Shown piece by piece: positions 54,001-63,017 of a DNA stretch of 64,000 bases (its first letter is position 1; every line of letters begins with the position of its first letter). Location of the stretch: the IMG/VR virus record IMGVR_UViG_3300022752_000013; one strand, written 5' to 3'. Position numbers and translations under genes: made by a program. Source of the DNA: a virus (taxonomy: Duplodnaviria; Caudoviricetes). The notes under the pieces are model-generated. The model did no database searches, was not told the DNA's origin, and saw only the letters and a program-made list of their open reading frames with translations.

Positions 54001-54978
54001 ATGTCAATCAAAAAATTATTAATCGCCGCACTACTGGCGCCTGTCATGGCATTTGCCTGGGAGCCCACACGTCCTGTCACAGTTGTTATTGGCAACACCC
54101 CCGGGGCCGGAAACGAAATGGCCTTCCGCAAACTGGCTGAAATTGTGCAGAAGCGCAATCCCAACTTTGTGTATGTTGTACAAAACATTCCTGGCGCAGA
54201 CAGTGTGATTGCCAACAACCGGTTTTTAGAAGCCGCCAATGATGGGCACACCATTAATCTGCCCAGCCACATGAGCAGTTATGTCACAAACGACATCTGG
54301 GAAAAGAACATCAAAAAATACAATTACGATTCATTTGTTGATGTGCTCACAATGGGTAAATCACCATTGGTACTAGTTGCAAGTGTAAAGAGTGGGATTG
54401 AAACTCCTCAGGACTTTGTAAAATATATTCAATCGGGTAGAAATATCAATGTGGCCATTGGTGGCGGTGCGCATCGTACTGCATTTGAATACCTAATGGA
54501 CAAGGGCCGGGGCAACAAGGATGTTGTTAAAAGCATCAAATTCAATGGCCCTGTTCCTGCACTGCAAAGTGTGGGTCAATGGGATGGTAAGATAGGAACA
54601 GAATTTGGTATTGTGCCCATTGCAGTGGCCAAATCATTAATTGATGGGGGCAAGGTAAAGCCCATTGGATTTACCGGCACAAGGCGAATGCCACAGTTTC
54701 CTGCAGTTCCGTTATTGAACACAGTCACACCTGGCATTAACGTATATGCCGCGTGGTCAATTCAATTGCCTCCTGGTACATCTAAGGATATCGCAGACTG
54801 GTATCAACAACAGTTCTCAGCCGCTGTTCGTAGTGCAGAATATCGAGAATATACGGATGCCAATGTTATCTTTTATGCTGAAGATGAACTAACTCCTGCT
54901 GGATTAAAACGACACATGGATGACCTAAGAGCCGCCTTTATTCCTGTGCTGAGTAAAATTGATTTAAGTAAAGAATGA
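54001..54978 (+). CDS. Bug/TctC tripartite tricarboxylate transporter substrate-binding protein
   Basis: Signal peptide; WEPTRPVTVVIGNTPGAGNE, QNIPGA, ANDGHT, KPIGFTG..RMPQFPAVP; TAAATA at 53961. Confidence 0.88.
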   Translation: MSIKKLLIAALLAPVMAFAWEPTRPVTVVIGNTPGAGNEMAFRKLAEIVQKRNPNFVYVVQNIPGADSVIANNRFLEAANDGHTINLPSHMSSYVTNDIWEKNIKKYNYDSFVDVLTMGKSPLVLVASVKSGIETPQDFVKYIQSGRNINVAIGGGAHRTAFEYLMDKGRGNKDVVKSIKFNGPVPALQSVGQWDGKIGTEFGIVPIAVAKSLIDGGKVKPIGFTGTRRMPQFPAVPLLNTVTPGINVYAAWSIQLPPGTSKDIADWYQQQFSAAVRSAEYREYTDANVIFYAEDELTPAGLKRHMDDLRAAFIPVLSKIDLSKE

Positions 54979-55595
54979 AATATATCTTTGTGGCTGGCGC
55001 TCCAGGCTCTAAATGGTCAAGTGTAGTAAAGAACATTTATTACAGTTCCGATATTGATCGTTCTGACTATTCTGACGCACGTACATATTATCACGATGCG
55101 AGTGGCCGGCGAGAATTAATGCACTTGGGTGCGTATTTTGATCCTGGAATGGAATTCGGCCATTTCTTTGATCAATTGGATCAATACACAAAAGACCAGT
55201 GCGAAGCAGAATTTGATAGGCCATTTTCGGGCACAGGAATTAGAATTATCAAAAGTCACGTGTTTGCCAATCATATTGATTATATCAAAGCAACATGGCC
55301 TGACTGCCCCATAGTGTTGGTGCATCGTGATGATGACGCTTGTTTAGGTTGGTGGGTCAAGTGCGGCCATTTTGACATCACATATCCACTGTATCATGAC
55401 TATTACAAGAACTTAAAAACAATGGCTGGTATAATTCGCGAGCAAAATGCAGGTATAGTAGCGGCACAACTTCAATATTACGGAAGGCACCCGCTGACAA
55501 ATCACGAGTTGGCCAGTATATTGAATCTTGATTGGCCGCCAGGTGAATACAGCCAAAACTATGGTCAATCAAACATAAGGGTAACAGTGATATGA
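54975..55595 (+). CDS. Sulfotransferase-like P-loop protein
   Basis: IFVAGAPGSKWSSV, IIKSH, IVLVHRD. Confidence 0.55.
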   Translation: MKYIFVAGAPGSKWSSVVKNIYYSSDIDRSDYSDARTYYHDASGRRELMHLGAYFDPGMEFGHFFDQLDQYTKDQCEAEFDRPFSGTGIRIIKSHVFANHIDYIKATWPDCPIVLVHRDDDACLGWWVKCGHFDITYPLYHDYYKNLKTMAGIIREQNAGIVAAQLQYYGRHPLTNHELASILNLDWPPGEYSQNYGQSNIRVTVI

Positions 55596-56242
55596 AATCA
55601 AATTGGGAAATATCAAAGTCCAAGAGCACCTATCATTTTGATCCTAAACAAATAGATCGGCCGGAAACGGTTGTTGCATACTTGGGCTGTATAGAACCCA
55701 CGTGGGCTCACGACTTAACGGATATTGTTGCAAACGCACGACCTGCAACCTGGGCCACACGTGGTTACAAAGGTGAAGGACTGGAAGCGCCGCCGGAAGA
55801 ACTTGAAAAAGAAGAATATGATTTGACGGCAAATGGCATGCCTGCGGACTTGCCTATTTCACATTTGACGTGGCGCATGCCTGAAAGTCTACAGCGTATC
55901 AGTGATGCTTTTGCACTGGAAGACTGCATGAATCGCATACACGTACAGCAGCCTGGAGAAGTATGGAATCTACACATAGATAAATTGCAGAAATGGAGCC
56001 CCGAACACCCTGACAGCATCATGCGTATAATGATTCAATTGACAGCGTGGCAGCCAGGACAGTTCTGGGAATACGGCAATTATCACTACAACCATTGGCG
56101 GGCAGGAGATGTAACAACATTTGACTGGGCCAATATTCCACACTGCACAGCCAACGCAGGCTTTGATCCTCGCGTGACATTGCAATTAACAGGCATACGA
56201 ACTGCCGCAACCATGGACTACCTAGCGGCACTACCCCGATGA
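55592..56242 (+). CDS. 2OG-Fe(II) oxygenase / AspH-like DSBH protein
   Basis: PGEVWNLHID (HxD), WRAGD..FDW..IPHCTAN (distal H), PRVTLQ (R). Confidence 0.75.
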   Translation: MKSNWEISKSKSTYHFDPKQIDRPETVVAYLGCIEPTWAHDLTDIVANARPATWATRGYKGEGLEAPPEELEKEEYDLTANGMPADLPISHLTWRMPESLQRISDAFALEDCMNRIHVQQPGEVWNLHIDKLQKWSPEHPDSIMRIMIQLTAWQPGQFWEYGNYHYNHWRAGDVTTFDWANIPHCTANAGFDPRVTLQLTGIRTAATMDYLAALPR

Positions 56243-56859
56243 AAACAATATTAATCTTAACAGGCCCGCAAGGCGCAGGCAATCACTTATGGAGCAAGAT
56301 ATTTGCCCTACACCCTCAGGTCTCAGGATGGTCAGCACTATTAACGGATTATTGGATAGGACATGATCAAGAGCCATTTGCACAGTACTGGCAGGATCCT
56401 GATCAATTGCGATACTACAGATGGGCTCAGAGCGACTGGTATGTGACGTCAATGAGTGTGCCGTATATGAATAATGGTGTGCCTACGGTGCCCAATTTCA
56501 AAGCATTTGTGTCTAAATTGCAAATAGCAGGTCTACGTATAAAGTTTGCTGTGTTAGGACGTGATCAGAACATAGTTCAAATGCAACAGTCCCGTGTCCG
56601 TGGCGCAACTACATTGAGCACGGCCCTGGCAGAGTTTGATCAATTGGCAGCACCTGTGTTCTTGAGTTATGAATTACTGCATCTTTATGGCCAACGATAT
56701 CTAGAAAATATTCAACAACAACTGGCCTTCCCAATTGCCACAGCAGATCCCAGATTAAAGGATATATTAGCAACGGATGCAAATGCCAAGTATTTTAAAC
56801 CCATTGCACATCACGCCACAGATGATCTTGCACGACACGCTAGTAGAAAACACACATGA
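56239..56859 (+). CDS. Sulfotransferase-like P-loop protein
   Basis: ILTGPQGAGNHLWSKIF, VLGRD, FLSYELL. Confidence 0.55.
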   Translation: MKTILILTGPQGAGNHLWSKIFALHPQVSGWSALLTDYWIGHDQEPFAQYWQDPDQLRYYRWAQSDWYVTSMSVPYMNNGVPTVPNFKAFVSKLQIAGLRIKFAVLGRDQNIVQMQQSRVRGATTLSTALAEFDQLAAPVFLSYELLHLYGQRYLENIQQQLAFPIATADPRLKDILATDANAKYFKPIAHHATDDLARHASRKHT

Positions 56860-57491
56860 AACAAAAGTTACTGGTGTCAGGATGTTCAGTCACTCACGGT
56901 GCAGAGTTGTACAACGGATTCATGCATGAAGAAAATGTCAAAAGATCCTACTCTGCTTATATGTCTCGAGCATTAAACACAGAACTAGTAAATGTTGCCT
57001 TGAGTGGTGCGTCAAATGAATACATATTTCACAGTGTCATGGACCATTTACACAGCGCAAACAATATACATTCTGTTGTTGTGATGTGGACCAGCAATGA
57101 ACGACTGTATTGGAAAAATCAAAATCGACATTGGTTTGTGTTGCCCAATTGGGCCAGTAGCATGATTGATTTAGTCAACTTTGAAATGCACGACAAGCGC
57201 GAGCATGGAGCATGGTTCACCGGCGATAGTGATCAGGCGATAAATGATCTATCTGCGGTGTACCCATTCTTGATTGAAAATTATTTTGACAGCCAGGAAA
57301 TGGCAAAAAAGACTCGGAATTATCGGCAGGCAATCCAAGCACATTGTGATGCAAAACAAATAAAATTAGTGGATTTAACTATCAATGATTTAATAACTAA
57401 TAAATTAATACCACATGTCAAACACCCCTCAGATTCTGAACATGAATCTATAGCCAAATTTATACTGGAGAACTACTATGAAAACACCTAA
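56856..57491 (+). CDS. SGNH-like (DUF6071-like) protein
   Basis: VSGCSVTHG, ALSGASN, VMWTS..R, KHPSDSEH. Confidence 0.6.
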   Translation: MKQKLLVSGCSVTHGAELYNGFMHEENVKRSYSAYMSRALNTELVNVALSGASNEYIFHSVMDHLHSANNIHSVVVMWTSNERLYWKNQNRHWFVLPNWASSMIDLVNFEMHDKREHGAWFTGDSDQAINDLSAVYPFLIENYFDSQEMAKKTRNYRQAIQAHCDAKQIKLVDLTINDLITNKLIPHVKHPSDSEHESIAKFILENYYENT

Positions 57492-58320
57492 ACGCATATT
57501 AATAATGGGCCTGCCCGGCTCGGGCAAAACCTACTTTGCAGAACGATTAAAACGCTATCTCGAAGATCACATCACACCCATCAATGAGCACAGTCTAAGA
57601 CCCATTGCTGATGCTCGAATCACAGTGGCATGGCTCAATGCCGACGAAGTGCGTAGACACTACAATGATTGGGACTTCTCAACAGAAGGACGAGTTAGAC
57701 AAAGTCTGCGCATGCGAGACCTAGCAGACGAAGCCAATACTGACTATTGTATTGTGGACTTTGTGGCACCCTTGGTGGAAATGCGCAACAATTTCAAAGC
57801 AGATTGGTGCATTTGGATTGACACAATTGAAAAAGGCCGTTTTGAAGACACCAACCGGATGTTTGTGCCACCTGAAGTTTATGATTTCCGCATTACAGAA
57901 CAGAACGCAGAGAAATGGGTGGAATTTGTGGGCGAGCACATAATTGAGAATCGCCGTAGACCCACATTCGATTGGCAAAAGGAAACTGTGCAAATGCTGG
58001 GTCGCTGGCAGCCGTGGCATGCAGGACATCGTGCCTTGTTTGAACGTGCCATTGCCAAAACAGGGCAGGTGGTTATACAAATACGTGATTGCCAGGGTTG
58101 GCAAGGCACAAATCCTTTTGCCATTGAGCAAGTTAAATACTTCATACGCAGGGATTTAGATACTGTATACCAAGGTCAATATGAAATTCAGGTTGTTCCT
58201 AATATTGTTAATATCACTTATGGTCGCGACGTGGGTTACACAATCGAGCAAGAATCCTTTGACCAATCGATTACCAATATCTCTGCGACCAATATAAGAA
58301 AGTCTCTGGGCCTTGAATAA
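57478..58320 (+). CDS. APS-kinase (CysC)-like domain fused to HxGH nucleotidyltransferase
   Basis: GLPGSGKT, LNADEVR, DFS.EGR..Q, DFVAP; C-terminal LGRWQPWHAGH...NPF. Confidence 0.85.
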   Translation: MKTPKRILIMGLPGSGKTYFAERLKRYLEDHITPINEHSLRPIADARITVAWLNADEVRRHYNDWDFSTEGRVRQSLRMRDLADEANTDYCIVDFVAPLVEMRNNFKADWCIWIDTIEKGRFEDTNRMFVPPEVYDFRITEQNAEKWVEFVGEHIIENRRRPTFDWQKETVQMLGRWQPWHAGHRALFERAIAKTGQVVIQIRDCQGWQGTNPFAIEQVKYFIRRDLDTVYQGQYEIQVVPNIVNITYGRDVGYTIEQESFDQSITNISATNIRKSLGLE

Positions 58321-58537
58321 GTACCACGTGAGATTCAACACCCGACACAATGGCTCAGAATTGGTTTGGCGCATATTTGAAAATGGTACGGAACATCTGG
58401 CCAAAGATGTGAGATTGATTGGCGAAACCTACACAGAATGCACTCAAGAGCATGGTGAAACCAAATGGAATATTGCTTGTGTTGGGCGAATGGTCTGGGT
58501 AGATAATGTGGCAGTAATTGTCACAGACAAAGATTAA
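58313..58537 (+). CDS. Hypothetical protein
   Basis: KYHVRFNT...WRIFENG...KWNIAC. Confidence 0.7.
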   Translation: MNKYHVRFNTRHNGSELVWRIFENGTEHLAKDVRLIGETYTECTQEHGETKWNIACVGRMVWVDNVAVIVTDKD

Positions 58538-58549
58538 CCAGGGTCAAAT

Positions 58550-59413
58550 ATGAACGCAGTCAATGGTCCATTGACCCTGCCTGAACTTGCCAACCAACAG
58601 TTTGACTATTCTGGAATGGACAGTTTGAACAGATGTTTAGACCGGGAAGTGTTCACACAATGGCCACACTCAATTGACTACCGATACAACAGCAGAGGAT
58701 TTAGAGATCAGGAATGGCCGGAGGATTTAGAGTCTGCTGTGTGGTGCCTGGGTGATAGTTTTACCGTAGGCCTGGGCAGTTGCTTTGAGCACACCTGGCC
58801 TCAAGTGCTGAGCCAACACAGTCAGCGCCGTGTGATCACGGTGGCCATGGACGGGGCCAGCAATGAATGGATTGCTAGAACAGCATGTGATGCATATGAT
58901 CTTGCCGGACCCAGTGACATTGTGATAATGTGGAGTTATTTGCATCGTCGAGAACACCCTGACGCTGACCTGTCGGATCTGGATCGTCGTCAGCATCATG
59001 TGAAGTCAACTGATATACAGGATTTTGAAAATTTCTATTCATGTAGGAAAAAGGTTCGTACACATTGTGCAAATTCACGTGTGATAGAATCTATTGTGCC
59101 AAACTTCAGCAATAACTCCTTTACTGATGCGGCCTGGCAAAAAACACGTGATCCTAATTGGCCAATTCTGTTGCCATCAAGTTCAACAGAATGTCAGGAT
59201 CTTTATCCCGAAATTGTCACAGAATTGCGCACACTACACGGTATAGATATCAAGGGCTTGCTGGAGTTTCAAGCAATACAACAGAGTCATCCTGAGTTTT
59301 TGTGTGATTTAATAAGAGTTGAATATCTGGATCGAGCACGTGACGGACTGCACTTTGATCTCCTCACGGCTGAATGGGTAGCAACGCAGGTACAGAATCT
59401 TTTGAATTCATAA
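58550..59413 (+). CDS. SGNH-like protein
   Basis: YRYNSRGFRD, CLGDSFTVG, GASN, ARDGLHF. Confidence 0.65.
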   Translation: MNAVNGPLTLPELANQQFDYSGMDSLNRCLDREVFTQWPHSIDYRYNSRGFRDQEWPEDLESAVWCLGDSFTVGLGSCFEHTWPQVLSQHSQRRVITVAMDGASNEWIARTACDAYDLAGPSDIVIMWSYLHRREHPDADLSDLDRRQHHVKSTDIQDFENFYSCRKKVRTHCANSRVIESIVPNFSNNSFTDAAWQKTRDPNWPILLPSSSTECQDLYPEIVTELRTLHGIDIKGLLEFQAIQQSHPEFLCDLIRVEYLDRARDGLHFDLLTAEWVATQVQNLLNS

Positions 59414-60605
59414 TTGAATTCCAGAAGTTAGATTCTGTTGATATTTGATTCTGTATTTTATCACTGTCAATGGGCTCTCCAATACCAGGATTTTGTTCAA
59501 TCCAATGGTTGTACACTGTGATCAATTGATCAAAATTTTTGATTATTTGGTGCTTGTCATCTAGTGTTTGTTTTTTGATAGGCGGGCCACTGACCATTAT
59601 GCCTAATTGGATCATTTGATCTATTGTGGCTTTGGCCATGGCATAACCAGACTCATATGGTGCTAGTTTTTGCTGTTTTTCTGAGTCCAGGAAAGGCACA
59701 ATGCCTGTGCGGCTGATCACGTCACGAGTCCAGGTGTTGACCACATGTTCAGGCAGCGCCGCAAGATCTGCGGCAGAATAAACAGGCGGCATTTCTGGCT
59801 GACTGTGCTGTTGATAATCATCAACTGGATCCAGAGTCAACAACAATTTTTCCACGGCCTGTGCGGGCAGACAGGACAATGCACTAGGATTGCTACGGAT
59901 ATAGTGCATTTGATTCCAGTCATTGAAACTGTGCCCGAAATTTTGATCCCAGGTTATCTGTGTGGCCTGTGCGGCAAATACCGGCAGATTTAGGATGTAT
60001 TGTTCCAGTCTGGGAATATCTTTTTCGTAATGGAAATATGCACCAATATCAAAATACTGTTCACTCCAGGTGAGATAATTTTTGTAGGCTGTCAATTGGC
60101 GCTCAAATACTGTGGCATCCAGGTTGATCCCAGATTTGTACATGTCATAAAAAGTGTCTACTTTTTCATACACATCGTACACATTGAGTTTTTTTGTCAC
60201 AGTGCTGAGAGTCATGCTGAGCGCATGCTCAAACACGTTCTCACGTCGGCAGGCAATTACAAAAAAATTCTCATTGAGATAATTATAAAATGGAATTTGT
60301 TCCGCCACGGAGTCCCCGCGGCGCACAATATGATAGTGTGCAAGTCTTGACGTTTTGTAGTGATCCACACTGCTCAACATCTCAGTCACCTGTGCCAGTG
60401 ACTGATGATATCCCCACTCTTTCAAGGCATGTTTACTGACCAATTCTTGATTGAATTCAGGGCTGTAGTATCGGGCCAGGCCATTGGTCAGTTCGTGTAG
60501 GTTGATAACTGGACGGCCAAACGCATGAAATTGCATGTAAATGGTCAACATACGTTGCAACAAAGTACTGCCCACTGCATCCGGTGTAAGAATTAGAACA
60601 TTCAT
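59364..60605 (-). CDS. Sulfotransferase-like protein
   Basis: MNVLILTPDAVGSTLLQR PSB-like loop; CRRENVFEHALS; FHYEKD. Confidence 0.55.
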   Translation of the reverse strand: MNVLILTPDAVGSTLLQRMLTIYMQFHAFGRPVINLHELTNGLARYYSPEFNQELVSKHALKEWGYHQSLAQVTEMLSSVDHYKTSRLAHYHIVRRGDSVAEQIPFYNYLNENFFVIACRRENVFEHALSMTLSTVTKKLNVYDVYEKVDTFYDMYKSGINLDATVFERQLTAYKNYLTWSEQYFDIGAYFHYEKDIPRLEQYILNLPVFAAQATQITWDQNFGHSFNDWNQMHYIRSNPSALSCLPAQAVEKLLLTLDPVDDYQQHSQPEMPPVYSAADLAALPEHVVNTWTRDVISRTGIVPFLDSEKQQKLAPYESGYAMAKATIDQMIQLGIMVSGPPIKKQTLDDKHQIIKNFDQLITVYNHWIEQNPGIGEPIDSDKIQNQISTESNFWNSIMNSKDSVPALLPIQP

Positions 60606-60609
60606 CAAG

Positions 60610-60628
60610 TAGTTATCAACGATAAATA
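60610..60628. promoter_or_regulatory. Back-to-back late promoters TAACTA (minus) / TAAATA (plus)
   Basis: TAGTTATC-AAC-GATAAATA, each 4-8 nt from a divergent ATG. Confidence 0.55.
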
Positions 60629-60636
60629 TTAGCATA

Positions 60637-61080
60637 ATGTTTATCCTACACTTTCTCCCTGACTCTGTTATCTTATGGTTCTGTAATATCTTGTTACTCA
60701 CAGGTATTGTGGCCACTGCGGCAGGCTTTGTTGCACATCGTGTTCCTGTATTATGGCCCTATCAACTGGGCTTTAAACTGGCCGGCATTGCGTTACTAGT
60801 GCTGGGTGTTTACTTTCGCGGCGGTATTGCTGTGGAAACAGAATGGCGTGAGCGTGTGGCAGCAGTAGAGGCACGCTTGGCCGAGGCAGAAAAAGCATCA
60901 GCAGAAGCCAATGCCCAAATTGATTCCAAGACACAAAAACAAACAACAGAAATCCGCCAGCGCATGACATACATCCGACAGTATGTTGACCGTGAAGTTG
61001 TGCGATACAATGACCAATGCGTGATTCCACCACCATTTATTGACGCACACAATCGTGCCGCGGAGGCGCCGCCAAAATGA
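60637..61080 (+). CDS. Inner-membrane spanin (Rz-like)
   Basis: N-terminal TM helices, coiled coil, C-terminal CVIPPPFIDAHNRAA. Confidence 0.75.
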   Translation: MFILHFLPDSVILWFCNILLLTGIVATAAGFVAHRVPVLWPYQLGFKLAGIALLVLGVYFRGGIAVETEWRERVAAVEARLAEAEKASAEANAQIDSKTQKQTTEIRQRMTYIRQYVDREVVRYNDQCVIPPPFIDAHNRAAEAPPK

Positions 61081-61388
61081 AAGATCAACGAGACCAACAG
61101 GTTATATCAAGTCTGATTATATTTTCTCTAGTCATTATGGTGATTCTGGCCATATCAGGATGTGCCACAGCAGTGCCTGTCACAGCAAAATTCCCTGAAC
61201 CGCCTGGCAAGGGTGCAATGACTGTGTGTCCTGACTTGCAAAAGTTAAAGGACAATGCTAAGTTAAGTGATGTGGCCAACACAGTCACTGTCAACTACAG
61301 TACCTATTATGAGTGTGCAGTAAAGACAGATGCCTGGCAAGAATGGTACCGCATACAAAAAATAATACATGAAGGAGCCCAAAAATGA
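61077..61388 (+). CDS. Outer-membrane lipoprotein spanin (Rz1-like)
   Basis: Lipobox LAISGC, Pro-rich FPEPP...CPDL, YYEC. Confidence 0.8.
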   Translation: MKDQRDQQVISSLIIFSLVIMVILAISGCATAVPVTAKFPEPPGKGAMTVCPDLQKLKDNAKLSDVANTVTVNYSTYYECAVKTDAWQEWYRIQKIIHEGAQK

Positions 61389-62002
61389 GCACAATCTTGA
61401 CAAAAGACCAATTAAAACAAATGGTCAAGAATCCGCATATTGATCACTGGTATGAAGCACTAGAGCAATTGTTGGACGACTACGAAATTAATACTCCATT
61501 AAGAGTTGCACATTTCATAGCACAATGCGCACATGAGTCAGGAAATTTTGTTTTTATCAAAGAGAATTTGAATTACAAAGCAGTCAGCCTACAAAAGACA
61601 TTTGCCAAGTATTTTCCCACTGCTGAATTGGCACAACAATACGCCAATAAACCTGAACGGATTGCCAATAGAGTCTACGCCAAAAGAATGGGCAATGGCG
61701 ACGAAGCGTCAGGCGACGGCTATAGATACTGCGGACGTGGACTTATACAACTCACAGGCAAAGACAACTACACATTCTTTGCAGGGTCATTGGGTATCAC
61801 AGTAGAAGAAGCAAGCGAATACTTGGCCACCTTTGAAGGTGCCGCACAGTCAGCCTGCTGGTTCTGGGAACAAAACAATTTAAATCGCTTTGCTGATGCA
61901 AATGATGTCAAAGGCCTGACTCGTGCCATCAATGGTGGCTACATTGGCCTGGACGATCGTATCAGTCATACTGAACACGCATTACACGTACTGGGTGCTT
62001 GA
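61385..62002 (+). CDS. GH19 chitinase-like endolysin
   Basis: AHFIAQCAHES...ENLNY, YCGRGLIQLTG, ACWFW, INGG..GLDDR. Confidence 0.93.
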   Translation: MSTILTKDQLKQMVKNPHIDHWYEALEQLLDDYEINTPLRVAHFIAQCAHESGNFVFIKENLNYKAVSLQKTFAKYFPTAELAQQYANKPERIANRVYAKRMGNGDEASGDGYRYCGRGLIQLTGKDNYTFFAGSLGITVEEASEYLATFEGAAQSACWFWEQNNLNRFADANDVKGLTRAINGGYIGLDDRISHTEHALHVLGA

Positions 62003-62995
62003 TTGACATTACCGACTATCAACAGTCACAACTCGTGGTCACAACTGGAAGAATGTTGGTTGGGAGATGTTTATCCTGCGTCCTGGTATGAGCATTTTGC
62101 CCCAGAGATTAGAGATGTATTTCAACAATTAACTGAAATAACACAAGAGGATTTGAATTCAATACAACGCACAATTGAATCATTCAATGTGACGGTGCAA
62201 CGGCCACAATTCACAAGCATAGACAATCATTTAAAAAACGGCATATTACAAAAGCCACCCATTGTGCCCCGGGACGATCATGTGGTCATTGGTCACACTC
62301 TGTATCAAACGGATTCTGCAGGCAGTTGTTGGGATTGGATCATTGATCAATATGTTCAAGACCCAAGATGCCAGCAAATGACCAGTCCGCATAGGTTTGT
62401 ACACGGTGCCAATGTTGTGCGTGTGGGTCGCGACATTGTGTTGGACACAGATGTATTTGACATTGAGTATCGCAATTGGTGGCCTGAATATCGAGTGCAG
62501 GTAGAACAGAACGGTGGGCACATGGACGGGTGTTTTGCTGTGTTAAAGCCTGGACTGATCCTGGCCAATCATTATTTCAACGGATACGAACGCACATTTC
62601 CCGGCTGGGAAATCATATATCTAGACAACCCCACGTATCATGCACACCCCAGCATAGGCTACCAGCAACCTTATCCTGTGTACAATGGCAAGTTTTATGA
62701 CACCACCGTGGGCACAAATCGCATGTTCAACGATCACATTGTTCAGCATGCCCAGGACTGGGTGGGCAACTACACAGAAACCTATTTTGAATTAAACTGC
62801 CTGAGTATAAATGAATCAAATGTAATTATGTTAGCAGAGAATGAAAAACTAGCAGAAGAACTGTCCCGTCGCGGTATAACAGTACACTGGGTGCCATTTC
62901 GCACCAGAAGTTTCTGGGACGGTGCCATGCACTGCTTGACCGTGGACATACGCCGTCAAAGCACAGTAGAAGATTATTTCCCTGCTCGTGGTTAA
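62003..62995 (+). CDS. Amidinotransferase family protein
   Basis: NSHNSWSQLEE, PRD, GHMDG.F..LKPG, DGAMHC.T.DIRR (catalytic Cys); TTG start. Confidence 0.85.
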   Translation: MTLPTINSHNSWSQLEECWLGDVYPASWYEHFAPEIRDVFQQLTEITQEDLNSIQRTIESFNVTVQRPQFTSIDNHLKNGILQKPPIVPRDDHVVIGHTLYQTDSAGSCWDWIIDQYVQDPRCQQMTSPHRFVHGANVVRVGRDIVLDTDVFDIEYRNWWPEYRVQVEQNGGHMDGCFAVLKPGLILANHYFNGYERTFPGWEIIYLDNPTYHAHPSIGYQQPYPVYNGKFYDTTVGTNRMFNDHIVQHAQDWVGNYTETYFELNCLSINESNVIMLAENEKLAEELSRRGITVHWVPFRTRSFWDGAMHCLTVDIRRQSTVEDYFPARG

Positions 62996-63017
62996 ATACA
63001 ATGTCAACGGAGAAATC

